A stretch of DNA of 63,299 nt, the filler included, from Reticulomyxa filosa (taxonomy: Eukaryota > Protista > Foraminifera): NCBI GenBank assembly GCA_000512085.1. It is 21 parts of 21 records of this genome, joined end to end, with 100 filler letters (N's around TTAATTAATTAA, not from the genome) between each part and the next. Parts side by side here need not be neighbours in the genome. Positions count along the whole stretch, not along the records: positions 1 to 7,170 come from ASPP01015025.1; positions 7,271 to 9,158 come from ASPP01046545.1; positions 9,259 to 10,282 come from ASPP01027291.1; positions 10,383 to 12,924 come from ASPP01029595.1; 17 more parts are not named here. One strand, given 5' to 3'. This document shows positions 1 through 13,024 of this stretch, piece after piece (position 1 is the stretch's first letter; the number at the start of each line of letters is the position of its first letter). Position numbers and translations under genes: made by a program. Under the pieces are notes generated by a model that searched no databases, was not told the origin of the DNA, and saw nothing but the letters and a program-made list of their open reading frames with translations.

Positions 1-1112
1 TCTCTTTCTCTTTCTTTTTCCCTTTCTCTTTCCCTTTCTCTTTCCCTTTCTCTTTCCCTTTCTCTTTCTCTTTTTCTTTCTCTTTCTCTTTCCCTTTCTC
101 TATCTTTGTCTCTTTCTTTCGAACGTGAACTTAGTTTCGACTTTTGTTCAAACTTTGATTTGGACTTGGATCTCGATGGTTTTTTGTTCGACTCTGCCTC
201 TGAGTCAGGCTCCGATTCCGGTTCTGGAGCAATTTCCAACCCCGGCCTCCCTTGCTGAGGTTTTTTCATTTCAAGGTCTTTGTTGGTGTCCGGTGGGAAC
301 AAGCAGTCGTCAAAGACTTCCCATGGACGATGCCAGCTGTTGTTTTGCTTTTTCTTTTTCTTCTCCTCTTCCTCTTCTTCTTCTTCTTCTTCTTCTTGTT
401 CTTGTTCTTCCTCCTCCTCTTTTTCTTCCGCCTCCTCGTCTTCAAGGGGAGAAGGAGCGGGGATATTTTCAAAAGGAACTGGCGCAAGATCTTTCTCTTT
501 CGAGAGTTTGGCCTTGTCTTGCATTTTTTTGGACTTGTGTGCCCGAGGCTTGCATTTCTGAGTTGGTTTGAAAACATTCATTTTTGATATTGTGTTCGAT
601 ACACATTACACATGCATATGCATATGCATATATATATATATATATATAAAACTGACCCTACAAAATAAAGCCAATTTATAACGATTTCTAAGACAGTCAT
701 CATAAGTATTCCAAAATACTTTGCGACTGGCAATGCGCACGTACTCAACAACCGAATCATCGCTTAATTGCTCCAAAGCTTCATCAATACCATTGCATTG
801 ACTATTACATGTGTATTCTAACTCCTTGTCTGTCAGTGAGCTCGCTGCTTGCCGCAATTCTTCTTTAAACAATCTCAACTTTTGCAACAGATTACACACT
901 CGTATTTTCTTATGACTTGTTATCAGCTTCCCAAATTCTGGAGGATCTTTCAATAATTCCAACGCACACAACACTCCATGACTCAATTTATCTTGCTCTT
1001 GACACGGTACAACAAAGCTTGTGTCTTCCCATGGAATTTCTTCTTTATCTTTTTCGCTCACTGCGTCTTCTTCTATCCCACGCTTCAACAACGTTTTATT
1101 GTGTTTTTGCAT
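1..1112 (-). CDS. Hypothetical low-complexity (E/K/R/S-rich) protein, spliced, 3' end off the window
   Basis: Exon MQKHNK...LFCR ends at a GT donor (~656); a (TA)n intron follows; the next exon reads KCKPRAHK...EEEEEQEQEEE then RS/RE-rich repeats. Confidence 0.55.
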
Positions 1113-1576
1113 TTCCAAAACAACTGCACAAATTATTTGGTTATTTTATACCTTTGGCTTTTTCTCAGAGTATCTTCCTGGGCTTCCATCTCGTACCGAC
1201 ATTGTTTTCAATTTTATTTTTTTTTCATCCAAGGCCCCCTCCCTCTTTCATACTTTATCAAATTCTTAGATTTAAAGCAAACTTTTCAAGATTTTTAAGA
1301 TAAAGTATTTGAGTGAGATATTTTAGTTTAACTTGATCGTTTCTTCTGATTTTGGCAGATTGTGAGAAATGACAGTTTTTAGAGGTAGTCGATTGTTTTA
1401 ATTATCAAACTCGTTTGGAAAGATTAGAGATATTAATGCAGGTAATAATGAAATTTTGGCAGTTTCCAATTGAGGCCAGCAATAGAAAATAAATGGGGTG
1501 AGAAAAAAAAGAATTTCTTAAAAAAAGCAACGCAAAAGTGATGTCTACATATCCAAATAAAAAATACAAGGATTGC

Positions 1577-2765
1577 TCACAGTTTGGATGCAGCGAAAAA
1601 GGTGTTTGAAAGTGAAACAGGGACAGCATTTTGAGAAAGATTGGTGGTGGATTGGGACGGAGTATTAGTATTTTGGACGTCATTGGAAAGATGTTTTTTT
1701 TTTTTGCTGGTTCTGTGATGAGATAGTCGAACAAATTTGACTTTGATAATTCCAATTTTATTAAGAAAGAAGATGAAAGTTTTGACAGGATTTCCTTTGT
1801 TGTCTTGGGTTTTTAAATAGTGTTTAAATTTCATTGTGTTTAATATATGTGCAGTAAAATGATATGTCAATCCCCATAGCAGCCATTCTGTTCTCACCAA
1901 AGACTATTTAATGAACATATTACATATATATGTATATGTATATGATATTTGCTATACGTTGTAAAAATCACAAACAGTGGAAGCAACTGACCTCTGGACA
2001 TTGGAGTACAATACCAGGATATTGAAAAGGAAGTGGTTTCATCCAGTCGGCCAACTTCCAACCCAAACGCAAATAGCAATGATTCAATGAGTGTTGATTA
2101 AGCCCATGGCTGTGCTGATAGTCGTGAGAAAATTTGAAGGTGTTGTGTGGGCGCAAAGTGGACTCTTCTTTGCCACGGGGAACAGGTAATGCACTTTTTA
2201 CACGTGCAAAGGGGTTAACCTCATACAATGGTGGTGACACGAGTTGCGAAAAGTTCACCCATTGCACATCACTCACTTCACGGTCGTCTAAATTGAGTGA
2301 TGGGGTACATGCCGTTTTTTGGAAATATACAAACACATGGACTTTCATCTCTCTCTTTCCTATTAATACTGGCGTCGCTGGACCCATTTTTCCCAACAAT
2401 TCATAGTCCTTCTTTTCACTCAAATTCAACCCAATTTCTTCCCACACTTCTCGGATCACTGTTTGTTGTAATGACTCGCCCTTTTTGCTTCGTCCTCCTG
2501 GAAAAGATACTTGTCCGCTCCATCGATCGTTGGGCCGTGCAGAACGCAGCATGAATAATAAGTCAAAAGGCTGCTTTAACATTGGTGGTTGTTCATCATC
2601 AAACCCGTCGACATTGCATTGGGATTGGAGGTCGGTCAAACGCAATATTGCTGCCACACAAGCATGTGGCTCGTCTATTTGCCCAGGAACAGGTTCAGTC
2701 TCGTTGTATATTCCAAACAAATTTTTCAATAAAAGCAATAAAGAATCTAATGGTGATTCACTCAT
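1577..2765 (-). CDS. Nudix hydrolase, CoA diphosphatase family (NUDT7/NUDT8/Pcd1-like), probably peroxisomal
   Basis: LFMLRS...WSGQVSFPGGRSKKGESLQQTVIREVWEEIGL Nudix box; intron ~1991-1904; second exon has the LWGLT motif and ends ...AASKL-stop (PTS1 signal). Confidence 0.88.
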
Positions 2766-3114
2766 GCTTTTTATACAACGAGAGCTTTTTTTTCTTTCTC
2801 TCCTCCTCATGACATGGGAAAACAAAGATTACAGTTTATTTTTGTACTTGTTTTCGTATGAACTAACTAAAAATTATCTGCAATTTCTGTGGGACATATT
2901 ATATTTGTACTTTGTAATCAAGGCTCGTTGTGCAAGAAGTTTATTCCTGTATGTAAGGGATACTTGATAAAGCTTCCAAAACTTATAAATAAAATTGTAA
3001 TTTCAGTATTAGAATGGGAAAAGCGCCTCTTCTTTTGAGAGTTTGCATAAGGCAAACAAGCCCAGAAAGGGAGGTGAGCAAAAACTTTTTCGAAAAGTTT
3101 CAAATTATCGAATT

Positions 3115-3769
3115 ATGGCTCGTCCAAGATCGTCCTCTGATTCAGAGGCATTAGCCCCTCTTGCACCTACCTTGGGGTCTATTCCGATGCACGGTGAAGA
3201 AATTTTGAACTTTGGAGCCAATTCAGACACTGGATATGTGGGACTTGCGAACCAAGGTATCTTACTAATGTTCATTCCTTACGTTTAACAGCAAGGCTTG
3301 CAAGACAATACTTTTTTTGTGGATCCGGAGCAAAGAGGAGAGGGAAGGATTGTAGACAGCAATAAAAAAGAGAGAGAAATATTTTGCCCTCTATTAGTTG
3401 TAGCAAAAAAAAAAAATAGGAGCAACGTGCTATTTGAACAGCTTATTGCAATGTCTATACATGACGCCGGAATTTCGCCATGCGCTCTTTCATTGGACGT
3501 ATCGTCCTCCTCCGAATTATCAACACCTTGAAGAATTTCAGCATCTGTTGAAGGATCAGACAACACAAAGTATGAACGGCGAAGCATCACACGATGATCT
3601 GGACTCTGACGACCCACCAGAATATTGTATCCCCTATCAATTGCAATGTTTGTTTGGGCGATTGAAGCTATCCTCCCGCGGCGCTGTGTCCACAAAGCCT
3701 TTGACCAAATCTTTTCATTGGGACAGTCACGAGACCTTCCAAGTTTTGCCGATATATTATATATATACA

Positions 3770-3800
<31 letters not shown>

Positions 3801-6800
3801 GTATTATTTGTATGTGTATGCAAGACTTTTGTCTTTTTGACACATTTTGCTCTGTTATTTGTTGCCATATTTTATAAGATATTTGTTTTTATCATTTATT
3901 TAATATGCAAGCGATATACTATACGTACTCCTCCCTCCTCCCCCTCCCTTTTTTTCCCACTTACAAACATGCATATTTAATCTTTCAAACAAAATTTGAA
4001 GATGACATAACAAATAGGGGAGGGGGGGAGGAAAAAAAAAAAAAAAAAAAGGATTGAAATTCAAATGAAAAAAAAAAAAAAAAATTAGTAGCAACATGAC
4101 GTACAAGAACTAATGCGCGTTTTGTTTGATGCGGTGGACCGAACATTGGGACGTGTTGGGCAAGTGAACTTTTTGAATAAATTTGTCACGGCACTTTGGT
4201 GGACTACTTGGATTGCCAAGATTGTCATTCCGAAAGATCCAGAGAAGACTCTTTCCTGGACTTGTCTTTGTTCATTGAACGCATGAACTCGCTCGAGCAA
4301 GCACTTTCCAATTTCATTGAGCCAGGTTTTTATCTTCTTTGTTTTTTTTTTTGAATGACAGCCTTAATACTAATGCGAAACGTCTGCACGTGATGACGCA
4401 TACATTCATATACACATATACACATAGAAACATTATCCGGAGACAATCAAGTGACCTGTGAGCCATGCAACAAAAAGTGCAATTTTAAGAAAGGTTTAAA
4501 GTTCAAGACTTTGCCACCACTTTTGTTTATTCAACTTAAAGTTGTGTATTTTTATTTTGTTTTTAATGGTGTATGTTGCCCCCCCCGCCCCTTTTTTTTT
4601 TTCCTCTCATATTTGTCCATGAAGAGAACGGGGAAGGGGGGAAAGGGGGGGGGAGGGAAGGGGAAAAGGAAAAAAAAACTAGTTTTTTTTTTGGGGGGGG
4701 GGGTGGGGGTGGAATGAAATAGAGATTTTATTTCGACTGGGCATCAAATCGACGTGTGAAATTAAGCCATCGAGTAACGTTCCCAACGCTACTGGATATG
4801 CGAAAATGGACGGATCCGAGAATCATCGGCGATCAATCGAAAGAGGAGAACTCGGACTTGTTGTACGAGTTGTATGGAGTGATCATCCAATCGGGCGGCG
4901 CCTCGGGTGGACACTACTACGCGTATATCCGATCGTTTGAAAATGGTAAGTGGTACAACTTCAACGACTCGTCGGTGACGGAGTTGAAAGAAGACGACTG
5001 GAAGAATGCCTTTGGCGAGGAAAACGCCAACGGTACGGGTTACGTTCTCGCTTATCGTCGTAAAAACCTGTCTTTGCCGAAAAACATTGACTACGTGCCA
5101 CCACATCTTAAAGCAATGGCTGAAGTTTGGATATATACATATATGTATATATGTATATATATATTTTATTTTTTTCTTTCATTTTATTTATTTTATTTAT
5201 TTTTTTTTTTTTGAGAAAAGAAAGAAGATAAGCTTGCTCGAGAACAATACGAGAAATGGCAAAAGCAAATGCGAATGGTGTCGCTGCATATTCACTATCC
5301 GAACGACAGCAACAGCGAAGAGGACAATGAGAAGGTGGTGACCGTCGACCCAAAGGAAACCAACTTTCGACAACTGAAAACGCTCGTCCGAGACCTGCTC
5401 GAAGTGACCGAGGACAAAGTGCCCTCGCATCGCTGTCGGCTGCGCAAGTACCATCCGAAAATCAAGTTCATGGCCGAAGGCTATGACGACGAGGGCATTC
5501 AAGACAGTCCTTTGGAAATCGTCAAGTTCTCCAAAATGGACACACATTTGATCTTGGAAGTGCTCAAAGACGAGCAGTCGTCCTTTGACTACTTTAACCC
5601 CAGCGATCTGCTCATCTCGCTGTTCATTGTCACTGACAAAAACATGCACGCCATTGTGGAAAGGGGGTTCGTTCAAACGTCGTTGCTTATGCAGCAAGAC
5701 TTGCCTGAAGGTGTTTTTTTTTTTAAAAAATACAAGTTCCCCCTTTTTTTTTTTTTGTCATTTTACAAACATTCATTTTTTTTTTTTCAAAAAAAAAAGG
5801 GCTTTACCACGATCATTGTGGATGGCTCAAAACCTTTGAACGAAATCAAGCCGATAATTTTGAACAAGCTGAAGACAGAGCGCATACTGCCACAAGACTG
5901 GACAGACCCTTTGAAGATCAACCTAATCCGCTTTGGCTATCAAAAATGCGTCGTGTTTATACCCACGGATAAGTGCAAGTCATTGGCCGACTTTAATGTG
6001 AAGCTGGGTGACATGTTGTATGTGGAATACCAGCCCGATGTCAGTGCAGTTCCAACAACAACAACAACAACAACAACAACAGCAATAACAGCAACAGATG
6101 AAAATGATGATGATGATGATGATGATGGTAATGGTAATGGTAATGGTGCACAAACAAATGTGACCGACACAGCATCAGTATCCGAGTCAACAGCAATAAC
6201 AACAGCAGCAGCAATAGTGGGGATGACAGAAGATGCATCGATGACATTGGAAGAAAAGGAAGTGAAAGAAGAGTCACAACGCATCCAACGCGAACGAGAG
6301 GAAGTGTATCAAATATCAAAGCTCGCCAAGTATTACGAGGAACAGCGACTGAAGATCACGATAACGTATAATACTCCTCTGTCGACCAAGCTTCCACGAC
6401 AAGCAATGGAAGAACTAATCAGGAACGAGGCCGGACAACAAGGTCCGGGTGCCAATGTCGAGGAAAGGGTTTCATTCGATCACGCCATTCGCATCAGCAA
6501 AGACGCACCTCTCTTCCAACTGAAAGAGGAAATCAGCAAGAAACTGGGTATCCCGTCGCACGAATTCCGTTTACGCAAGTCCAGAAATGGCCAGGAATTT
6601 CGCAACTTGAACAAGTCGCTGTCGCATTACAGCGTCGCCGATGGCGGTATTGTGTACGTCGAAAAGGGCGTCTCCACCAAACCCAACGAAATCAAAGTGT
6701 CCTTTGCGCTGTATGATCCTCTCAAACGATGGACGGACCCGTGGAAAAATGTCAAGACCTTGTATCGCGATCTCTTTGAGTTTCCCTTTGACAAAAACAT

Positions 6801-7170
6801 CATGGTCAAAGACATGAAGTCCAAAATCGTCGAATTGCTCAACACCCTCTTCCCGCCTTATCAAGGCAAGTTCACTTTGATCCAGGCTGTCAACAGGCGC
6901 AAGAAAGAACTTGAATTGCTCGAAAAAGAGAAAGAAGCTGCCAATAACGACAATGGCAATGGCAATGGCAATGGCAATGGCAATGGACAGACAGACGAAA
7001 CACAAGGATCACATACTCCCACTGCTCAAACGTCAAGAGAAACGAATGCGTCAGATATATCCCACAGTGAACATACACATATCAATGCAAGTGCAAATAC
7101 CAATTCAATTGAAACAACATTGACTGTTGATAATAATAACAATAATAATAATAATAATAATAATAATAAT
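3115..7170 (+). CDS. Ubiquitin-specific protease (USP47/USP7/USP40-like) with C-terminal ubiquitin-like regions; 3' truncated
   Basis: Spliced Cys box GYVGLANQG|ATCYLNSLLQ, QHDVQEL, CxxC pairs, His box YELYGVIIQSGGASGGHYYAYIR and WYNFNDSSV. Introns at 3257-3419, 3743-4091, 4326-4427, 4541-4722, 5125-5220 and ~5713-5799; one 1-nt frameshift near 4180. Confidence 0.93.
7131..7170 (+). repeat. (AAT)n microsatellite encoding poly-Asn at the contig break
   Basis: Seen directly in sequence. Confidence 0.9.
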
Positions 7171-7270
7171 NNNNNNNNNNNNNNNNNNNNNNNNNNNNNN
7201 NNNNNNNNNNNNNNTTAATTAATTAANNNNNNNNNNNNNNNNNNNNNNNNNNNNNNNNNNNNNNNNNNNN
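7171..7270. other. Artificial contig-joining spacer. The same 100-bp spacer also starts at about 9159, 10283, 12925, 14644, 18469, 21936, 25619, 27174, 28274, 36612, 41765, 43849, 47355, 52939, 55654, 57525, 59346, 60855 and 62110
   Basis: Identical N-run/TTAATTAATTAA/N-run linker with stops in all six frames; genes are truncated at these points. Confidence 0.98.
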
Positions 7271-7379
7271 CAAAACAACAAATGCTGCCGTCATTAGTTA
7301 AATAATATGGTGTAAAAGCGCAAATATATCAAGTATTTAATGATTAATTGATATTCATAGTCAAAATATTATTTCCAAC

Positions 7380-8110
7380 TTGCAAAAATTGTAAATGATG
7401 ATAAAATTGTAGACGAAAAAACAGAAACAAAAACAAATGAAATTAACAAATAGTATTGTCAAATATGTAGTAAGAAGAGTTGGTGATAACAAATATCAAT
7501 TTTTACATAAATCCTGTCAAGAATAAGCAATTCAATATTTGTGAATTTAAAATCACGATTGCTTCGAATTATTAAATCTTCTAAAAACAATCCAAATGCA
7601 GCAACAATATTGAATGTGGCAAGAGTTAATATGGATCATCAAAACTGGGATAAGAAAAATATATCGCATTCATTTTTTGAAGGAGCAAGTTTGAAAGAAG
7701 TTGTTTTGAGTGGAGTGAGTCTTTTCCGAGATTTTCTCAATTTCATCAATTTAACAAATGCATCAGTAAATGAAGTTAACTTTGGTGAATATAGTTATCT
7801 GAAAGGACATGAAGAATCTGTTTCTTCTATTCAATTTTCATCTGATGACACAAAATTGTATCTAGTTCAGATGACAATACGGTTCCATTATGATGTATCC
7901 TCTGGAAAACAAATTCAATGTTCCAATTCTCTCCTATGGTACCAAAATTGTATCATGTTCATTTGACAATACTGTCCGATTGTGGAGTTCATCAGATGAA
8001 AGACAATGGAAATACGTTTGGCAAGGTGTAAGTATTTTATCTTTAAAGAGAAGTACATGAAAAGCTGCAAAAGGTTTAATTTTATTGTAAAAGTCAGTTG
8101 TTGAAATATA
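7380..8110 (+). pseudogene. Degenerate pentapeptide-repeat plus WD40 gene
   Basis: NAATILNVARVNM...FEGASLKEVVLSG...LKGHEESVSSIQFSSDDTK; frameshifts and stops follow. Confidence 0.7.
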
Positions 8111-9299
8111 TGACGGAACTTTTTACTTTGTTTTTTTATAATTAAATTGAGAAAAAATTATGAATTATTGTACTGAGTAATTACATCTTTTCAAGGCAAT
8201 GCAATGATCTCCCTGGTTTTTTTTCTGGCTTCAATTGGAAAAAATAGCAACAATAATGGATAGAAATTGAATTAAAATGATTTAATCAATACTCCTATAT
8301 AAATTATTCTCAGACAAAGACAAGCTAGTCTTATTTAGTGATTACCAAGAAAGCCACTTCAAATTGAATGTGGGATGTATATTATATACAACAGAGAACA
8401 AAAGATAGAAGAAGTATTAATTTATTTGAATGTTCATTTCTCATTTTTTTTTAACAAACAAATTTTAAACAATTTAAAAATACAAACAGATATTAATCGC
8501 AGTAATCTTTGTGAATGTTAAAAAAAATTGATTCCTGAAATCACGCACTATAATTATGGTTCTTTGTTTTTTTTTAAATATATTCATTTAGAGTCTAATT
8601 TGTGGAACAAATGGACATGAGGGAATTTGAGAGTAATTAATTACACATTTAAATAAAAAATTTAAAAAAACGTAAATGCAAAGAAGAAACACAAAATTCC
8701 TCCTTATGATTTGATTTCCGAAATTTTAAAATTTTCCGTGATCATCCAGCTAATAAGCACTACTGAGGCAAAGCTACTTGCTTTTAAAACTTGAAGTATT
8801 TCAATATATTGAGTGCAGCTCACGCAAATATCAACACCTTGATGTATGTCTACTTGCTAAATTTAGACCCGAAAAATCTCAAAAATGTAATATTTCTTTT
8901 TTATTCTAAATATCCTTAAAAGATAATACTATTTTGTACATCTAGCATATAACGTCTTTTTTCACATTTATGAACAAATGTGATTTTTTTTTGCGATTGA
9001 AGAAATAATTTGTATTAAAATCAGCATTGAAAGTAGATCGATTGCATTCCAAAACATTTACACTTCCAAATTAAAAAACAATTTGAAACTGGCAAAACAA
9101 AGATCATTTGAAAAAAAAAATCATTTTAATTCAAAAAATTAAATTATTTGTGAAGTCTNNNNNNNNNNNNNNNNNNNNNNNNNNNNNNNNNNNNNNNNNN
9201 NNTTAATTAATTAANNNNNNNNNNNNNNNNNNNNNNNNNNNNNNNNNNNNNNNNNNNNTTGGTTTTTGTTTGAAAAATGCAAATGGAGTTTCTCTAAAA

Positions 9300-10233
9300 A
9301 ATATAGATAAAAATTAAGACGTATGAAAAAGAAGAATTGGAGTTTAAAATAAAGGATTTAAAAGATGACGGAACTATGCTAATTAAGAATAAAGATAGAA
9401 TATGGGAGGATTTGTTAGAGTTTATCGGGGATGAGTTAAATTTGAGCGAAAAATCTCGTTTTATATTGGTGAACGCGAACAATGAAAATGATCAAATTGA
9501 AGACGCAGATGAATTGTGTGAGCATTGGAACGACTTTGCGAATGGAAAAATGGAAGATTGCATTTTTAACATGGTTCTGTGTTTGTTGTGTATTTGCACA
9601 TTTGTGTAAACTTGGTTTGATTTGATTTTTTTTTTAAACAAATGAAAATAGAGATGTTTGGTAATCAAAAGAAAAAAAAGAGTATGGACATGGTATCCAA
9701 AAGGAGCAAATGATCCTAACTTTCAAAACTATCTAAATAAACAAGATTGGGACGGACACTTGGAAGATTTGATGAAAATGATAAAAGTATTGGATGAAGA
9801 ATGTTTAAAAGACAAAAAAGAGAAAATATTGAAAAGTGGCGATGGTCTGAAAAAAATATGGAGTGACCGATATGGCGATGAGCAATCATGCTCTTTTGTG
9901 TTGAATATCGTTGAAAAAGAAAAAGAGACAGAAGAGGAGAGCGACAACGAAAACAAAAAGAAGAAAACCAAAGGAAATACTGAAGAAGAAGGAGAAGAAG
10001 AAGAAGATAATAAACACGACAATATTAAACAAGATAAGAAACGCAAACGCAAATCTGAAAGTGAAAACAGAGTGACGGACGACGACAAAAAGAACGAAAA
10101 TGGAAGTGAAAGTGGAAATGAGAAGTCAAAAAAACTTGAATTAAAAAGAAAGGGAAAGACTCTGACGACAGTGACAAGCCAACTAGAAACAGAGATAAAA
10201 ATAAAGATAATAACTCCACGACGACGACGATGA
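9300..10233 (+). CDS. Hypothetical protein fragment with acidic/basic low-complexity C-terminus
   Basis: ORFs 9337-9609 and 9658-10233 can be joined through a GT-AG intron at ~9574-9651. Confidence 0.5.
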
Positions 10234-10499
10234 CGATGGCAAACGCAAAACCAACAAACAAACAAAAAAAAAACAAAAAAAANNNNNNNNNNNNNNNNNN
10301 NNNNNNNNNNNNNNNNNNNNNNNNNNTTAATTAATTAANNNNNNNNNNNNNNNNNNNNNNNNNNNNNNNNNNNNNNNNNNNNTTACTTTCGGAGAAGATA
10401 AAGTCTAATAAAATAGTGAGTACTTCAAATATGTAAAATCTCTTTTTTAAAAAGAGTAACTTCAAAAAAGAACTCTATCTTCACATGTCTATTCAAGTT

Positions 10500-10930
10500 A
10501 GAAACCATTTTCAAAGTTGCCTGAATTACCAAAATCATTTGAAGATTCACTGTGTCTTTTATTCAAGGATGAACTCCTTCTTTGTGGTGGCTACGAAATT
10601 AACGACTGTTACTCGTACCATACTTTGAAAAAACAATATGAATACATTTGTTTTTATTATAATGATGCCCAATTCGATGGGCATTGTGTTGTTCAACTGA
10701 TTCATTCTCAAACCATGGAAAATTAGAAAATTACTTAACAGGAGTGCGTGGATTGATTAGTGGAATAAATAGTGATTTACTTATTGTCCAGAAAACATTG
10801 AATTGATTGATTTGAAAACAATGAAATCATTGAATGGAATCAAAAATAACATAATGCCAACAGAAGAACACAAATTTGGAATTGGATATCATTGTTTTGT
10901 GCCAAATCAAACGAAAGAACAATCAAAATT
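10500..10930 (+). pseudogene. Kelch-like beta-propeller gene remnant
   Basis: LPELPKSFEDSLCLLFKDELLLCGGYEINDCYSYH...GHCVV followed by a premature stop and frameshifted remnants. Confidence 0.7.
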
Positions 10931-11568
10931 GCTGTTCACATAACAAGAGACCAATTTATATTTTGGAGAATTTGATATTTTCTTTTAAAAAAGGTGATAA
11001 AAAAATTCATTTGTTGCGTTTTTACAATTCTTCGCTATCCTTTCTTTTAGATTATATATTATTCAAAAAATACTATTTTATTTGAAGTTGAAATTGTCGA
11101 TTAACAGCCTTTTTCAAATTAAAATAATTTGTTACTAAAAAAAAATTGTAAAAAGTCAATGTTGGACCCTCAAATAAATATATAACAGGATTGAAATTAA
11201 ATATAAAATAATGATGAGAAAATACCTTAATTTCTAGCATTCTTTTTTTTCAAATTTGGAATATTATGCCATTTTGTGTTACTAATTGCAATCATCACAA
11301 CTAATGCGTTCTTTATTATCTTTTTTGTTTTCCATTATCATTCATTTCCAAAGTTGTGCTCAGATTGTGTTCTCTTCCATCATGAGGAAAGTTAATAGAT
11401 AAAAAACTACACAGACATTTTTTTTTGCTATTTCAATTGCAACGATTTACAAAGAAATTAATTTTTGTCAAATATAAATGAACATAAAGACAAAAATTTC
11501 AAACAAATTACTTATTTATTTTGTAAAAAAAAAAACAAAGCTTTACATTGACTGCATAATCAATTATG

Positions 11569-12924
11569 CTAAATTAAAGTTTTCTTCCACAAACCAGTGT
11601 TTGAACCATAATATAAACAAACGTTGTTATTATCATCTGATTTTGTTTTCGATGATACAAATTTAAGACAATATATTCCTTTGTCTCCCTTATCTCCATC
11701 GATCACAAATAATTCTTTATTATTTAGTCGAATATCCCAAAACCGAATTGTGTTATCTTCTGATCCAGAACATATCACATTTGCATTAACTGCTAAGTTG
11801 TTATCAGGTACTATAAACGGTGAATATTCAACAGCATACACACAACTAATATGTTTGTTGAATACTGTCGCATTTTCATTAGATCGGATATCCCACAAAC
11901 GAACAGTTTTATCCGATGATCCAGATAAAATTGTATTTGCACAACCAATATTTCCCAATTTATTTGATCCATATTTTACACTCAATACTCGACGATTATG
12001 TTCTTTAAAAACACTAGACTGTTTTTTTGTTTCAATATCCCATATACAAATAGTGTTATCACAGGATCCAGAACAAATTGTATATCCATTACCACCAATA
12101 GTACCTTGTACTGCTGAAACATCCAAACATAAAACACCGCCTTCATGTCCATTGAAAACATGCTTTGTATTTTTTTCTGTTACATCCCATAAACGAATAG
12201 TTTTGTCATCAGATCCAGAGCATAAATATTGACGATTATTAAATTGCAAAAATTCAATGCAAAAAACAGATTTGGAGTGTTCTTTGAATACTGATACAAT
12301 TTCATTTTTTTTAAAATCCCAAAAACGAATAGCATTATCATGCGATGAATAACAAATGATATCTTGATATGGTGAAAATTTCACTGAATACACAGGTTTT
12401 GAATATTTCTTAATACATCTTTCGCTTTTCTGTTTTATAGCATATATAGTACATTTTCCATCTTCTGATCCAGAACACAGGAATTGACAATCATTAAAAG
12501 TTTTATAATCAATACTATATATACGTTCTGTTTTTGACTGCTTGAATGACTCGGATTGTCTTATTAAATTAAATGATATCATATTTCCTCTATCTATTTG
12601 TTTGACAGGAGATGTTAAAACATCAATACTTTCCAAATTACGAGTTGATTCGATATTTTTTTCTTGGTTTTGTTTTTTTTGATCATTGAATTCTTTTTTA
12701 ATAGTTTCAATGCTTGCTTGACATTTTTGTAGTTCTTCTTTGATTAAATTGTTCTCTGCAATACTACATTTCTTTTTCAATTGAATTTCTTGTTGCATAG
12801 ACAAAATTGTTTTATTCAATAAAATAGATTGTGATTTCATATCCAAAAATACCTTATGAGCTAAATCAAAATGTAATTTCATGTTTGTAATCAAATGGCA
12901 TTTTAAATCTTGATCCAAGCATGT
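11569..12924 (-). CDS. WD40-repeat protein with N-terminal coiled coil, 5' truncated
   Basis: About 6-7 repeats of the type SGSxDKTIRLWD / GHEGGVLCL; single long exon. Confidence 0.93.
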   Translation of the reverse strand, partial: TCLDQDLKCHLITNMKLHFDLAHKVFLDMKSQSILLNKTILSMQQEIQLKKKCSIAENNLIKEELQKCQASIETIKKEFNDQKKQNQEKNIESTRNLESIDVLTSPVKQIDRGNMISFNLIRQSESFKQSKTERIYSIDYKTFNDCQFLCSGSEDGKCTIYAIKQKSERCIKKYSKPVYSVKFSPYQDIICYSSHDNAIRFWDFKKNEIVSVFKEHSKSVFCIEFLQFNNRQYLCSGSDDKTIRLWDVTEKNTKHVFNGHEGGVLCLDVSAVQGTIGGNGYTICSGSCDNTICIWDIETKKQSSVFKEHNRRVLSVKYGSNKLGNIGCANTILSGSSDKTVRLWDIRSNENATVFNKHISCVYAVEYSPFIVPDNNLAVNANVICSGSEDNTIRFWDIRLNNKELFVIDGDKGDKGIYCLKFVSSKTKSDDNNNVCLYYGSNTGLWKKTLI

Positions 12925-13024
12925 NNNNNNNNNNNNNNNNNNNNNNNNNNNNNNNNNNNNNNNNNNNNTTAATTAATTAANNNNNNNNNNNNNNNNNNNN
13001 NNNNNNNNNNNNNNNNNNNNNNNN

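Noticed and set aside
125-587. Plus-strand poly-Leu/Phe/Ser ORFs (similar cases at 9729-10265, 37955-38491, 53523-54059)
   Set aside because: Antisense shadows of E/K-rich coding regions
3755-3820. YIYIYI-type ORF stretches and (TA)n/(CATATA)n tracts
   Set aside because: Intronic microsatellites read through by the ORF finder
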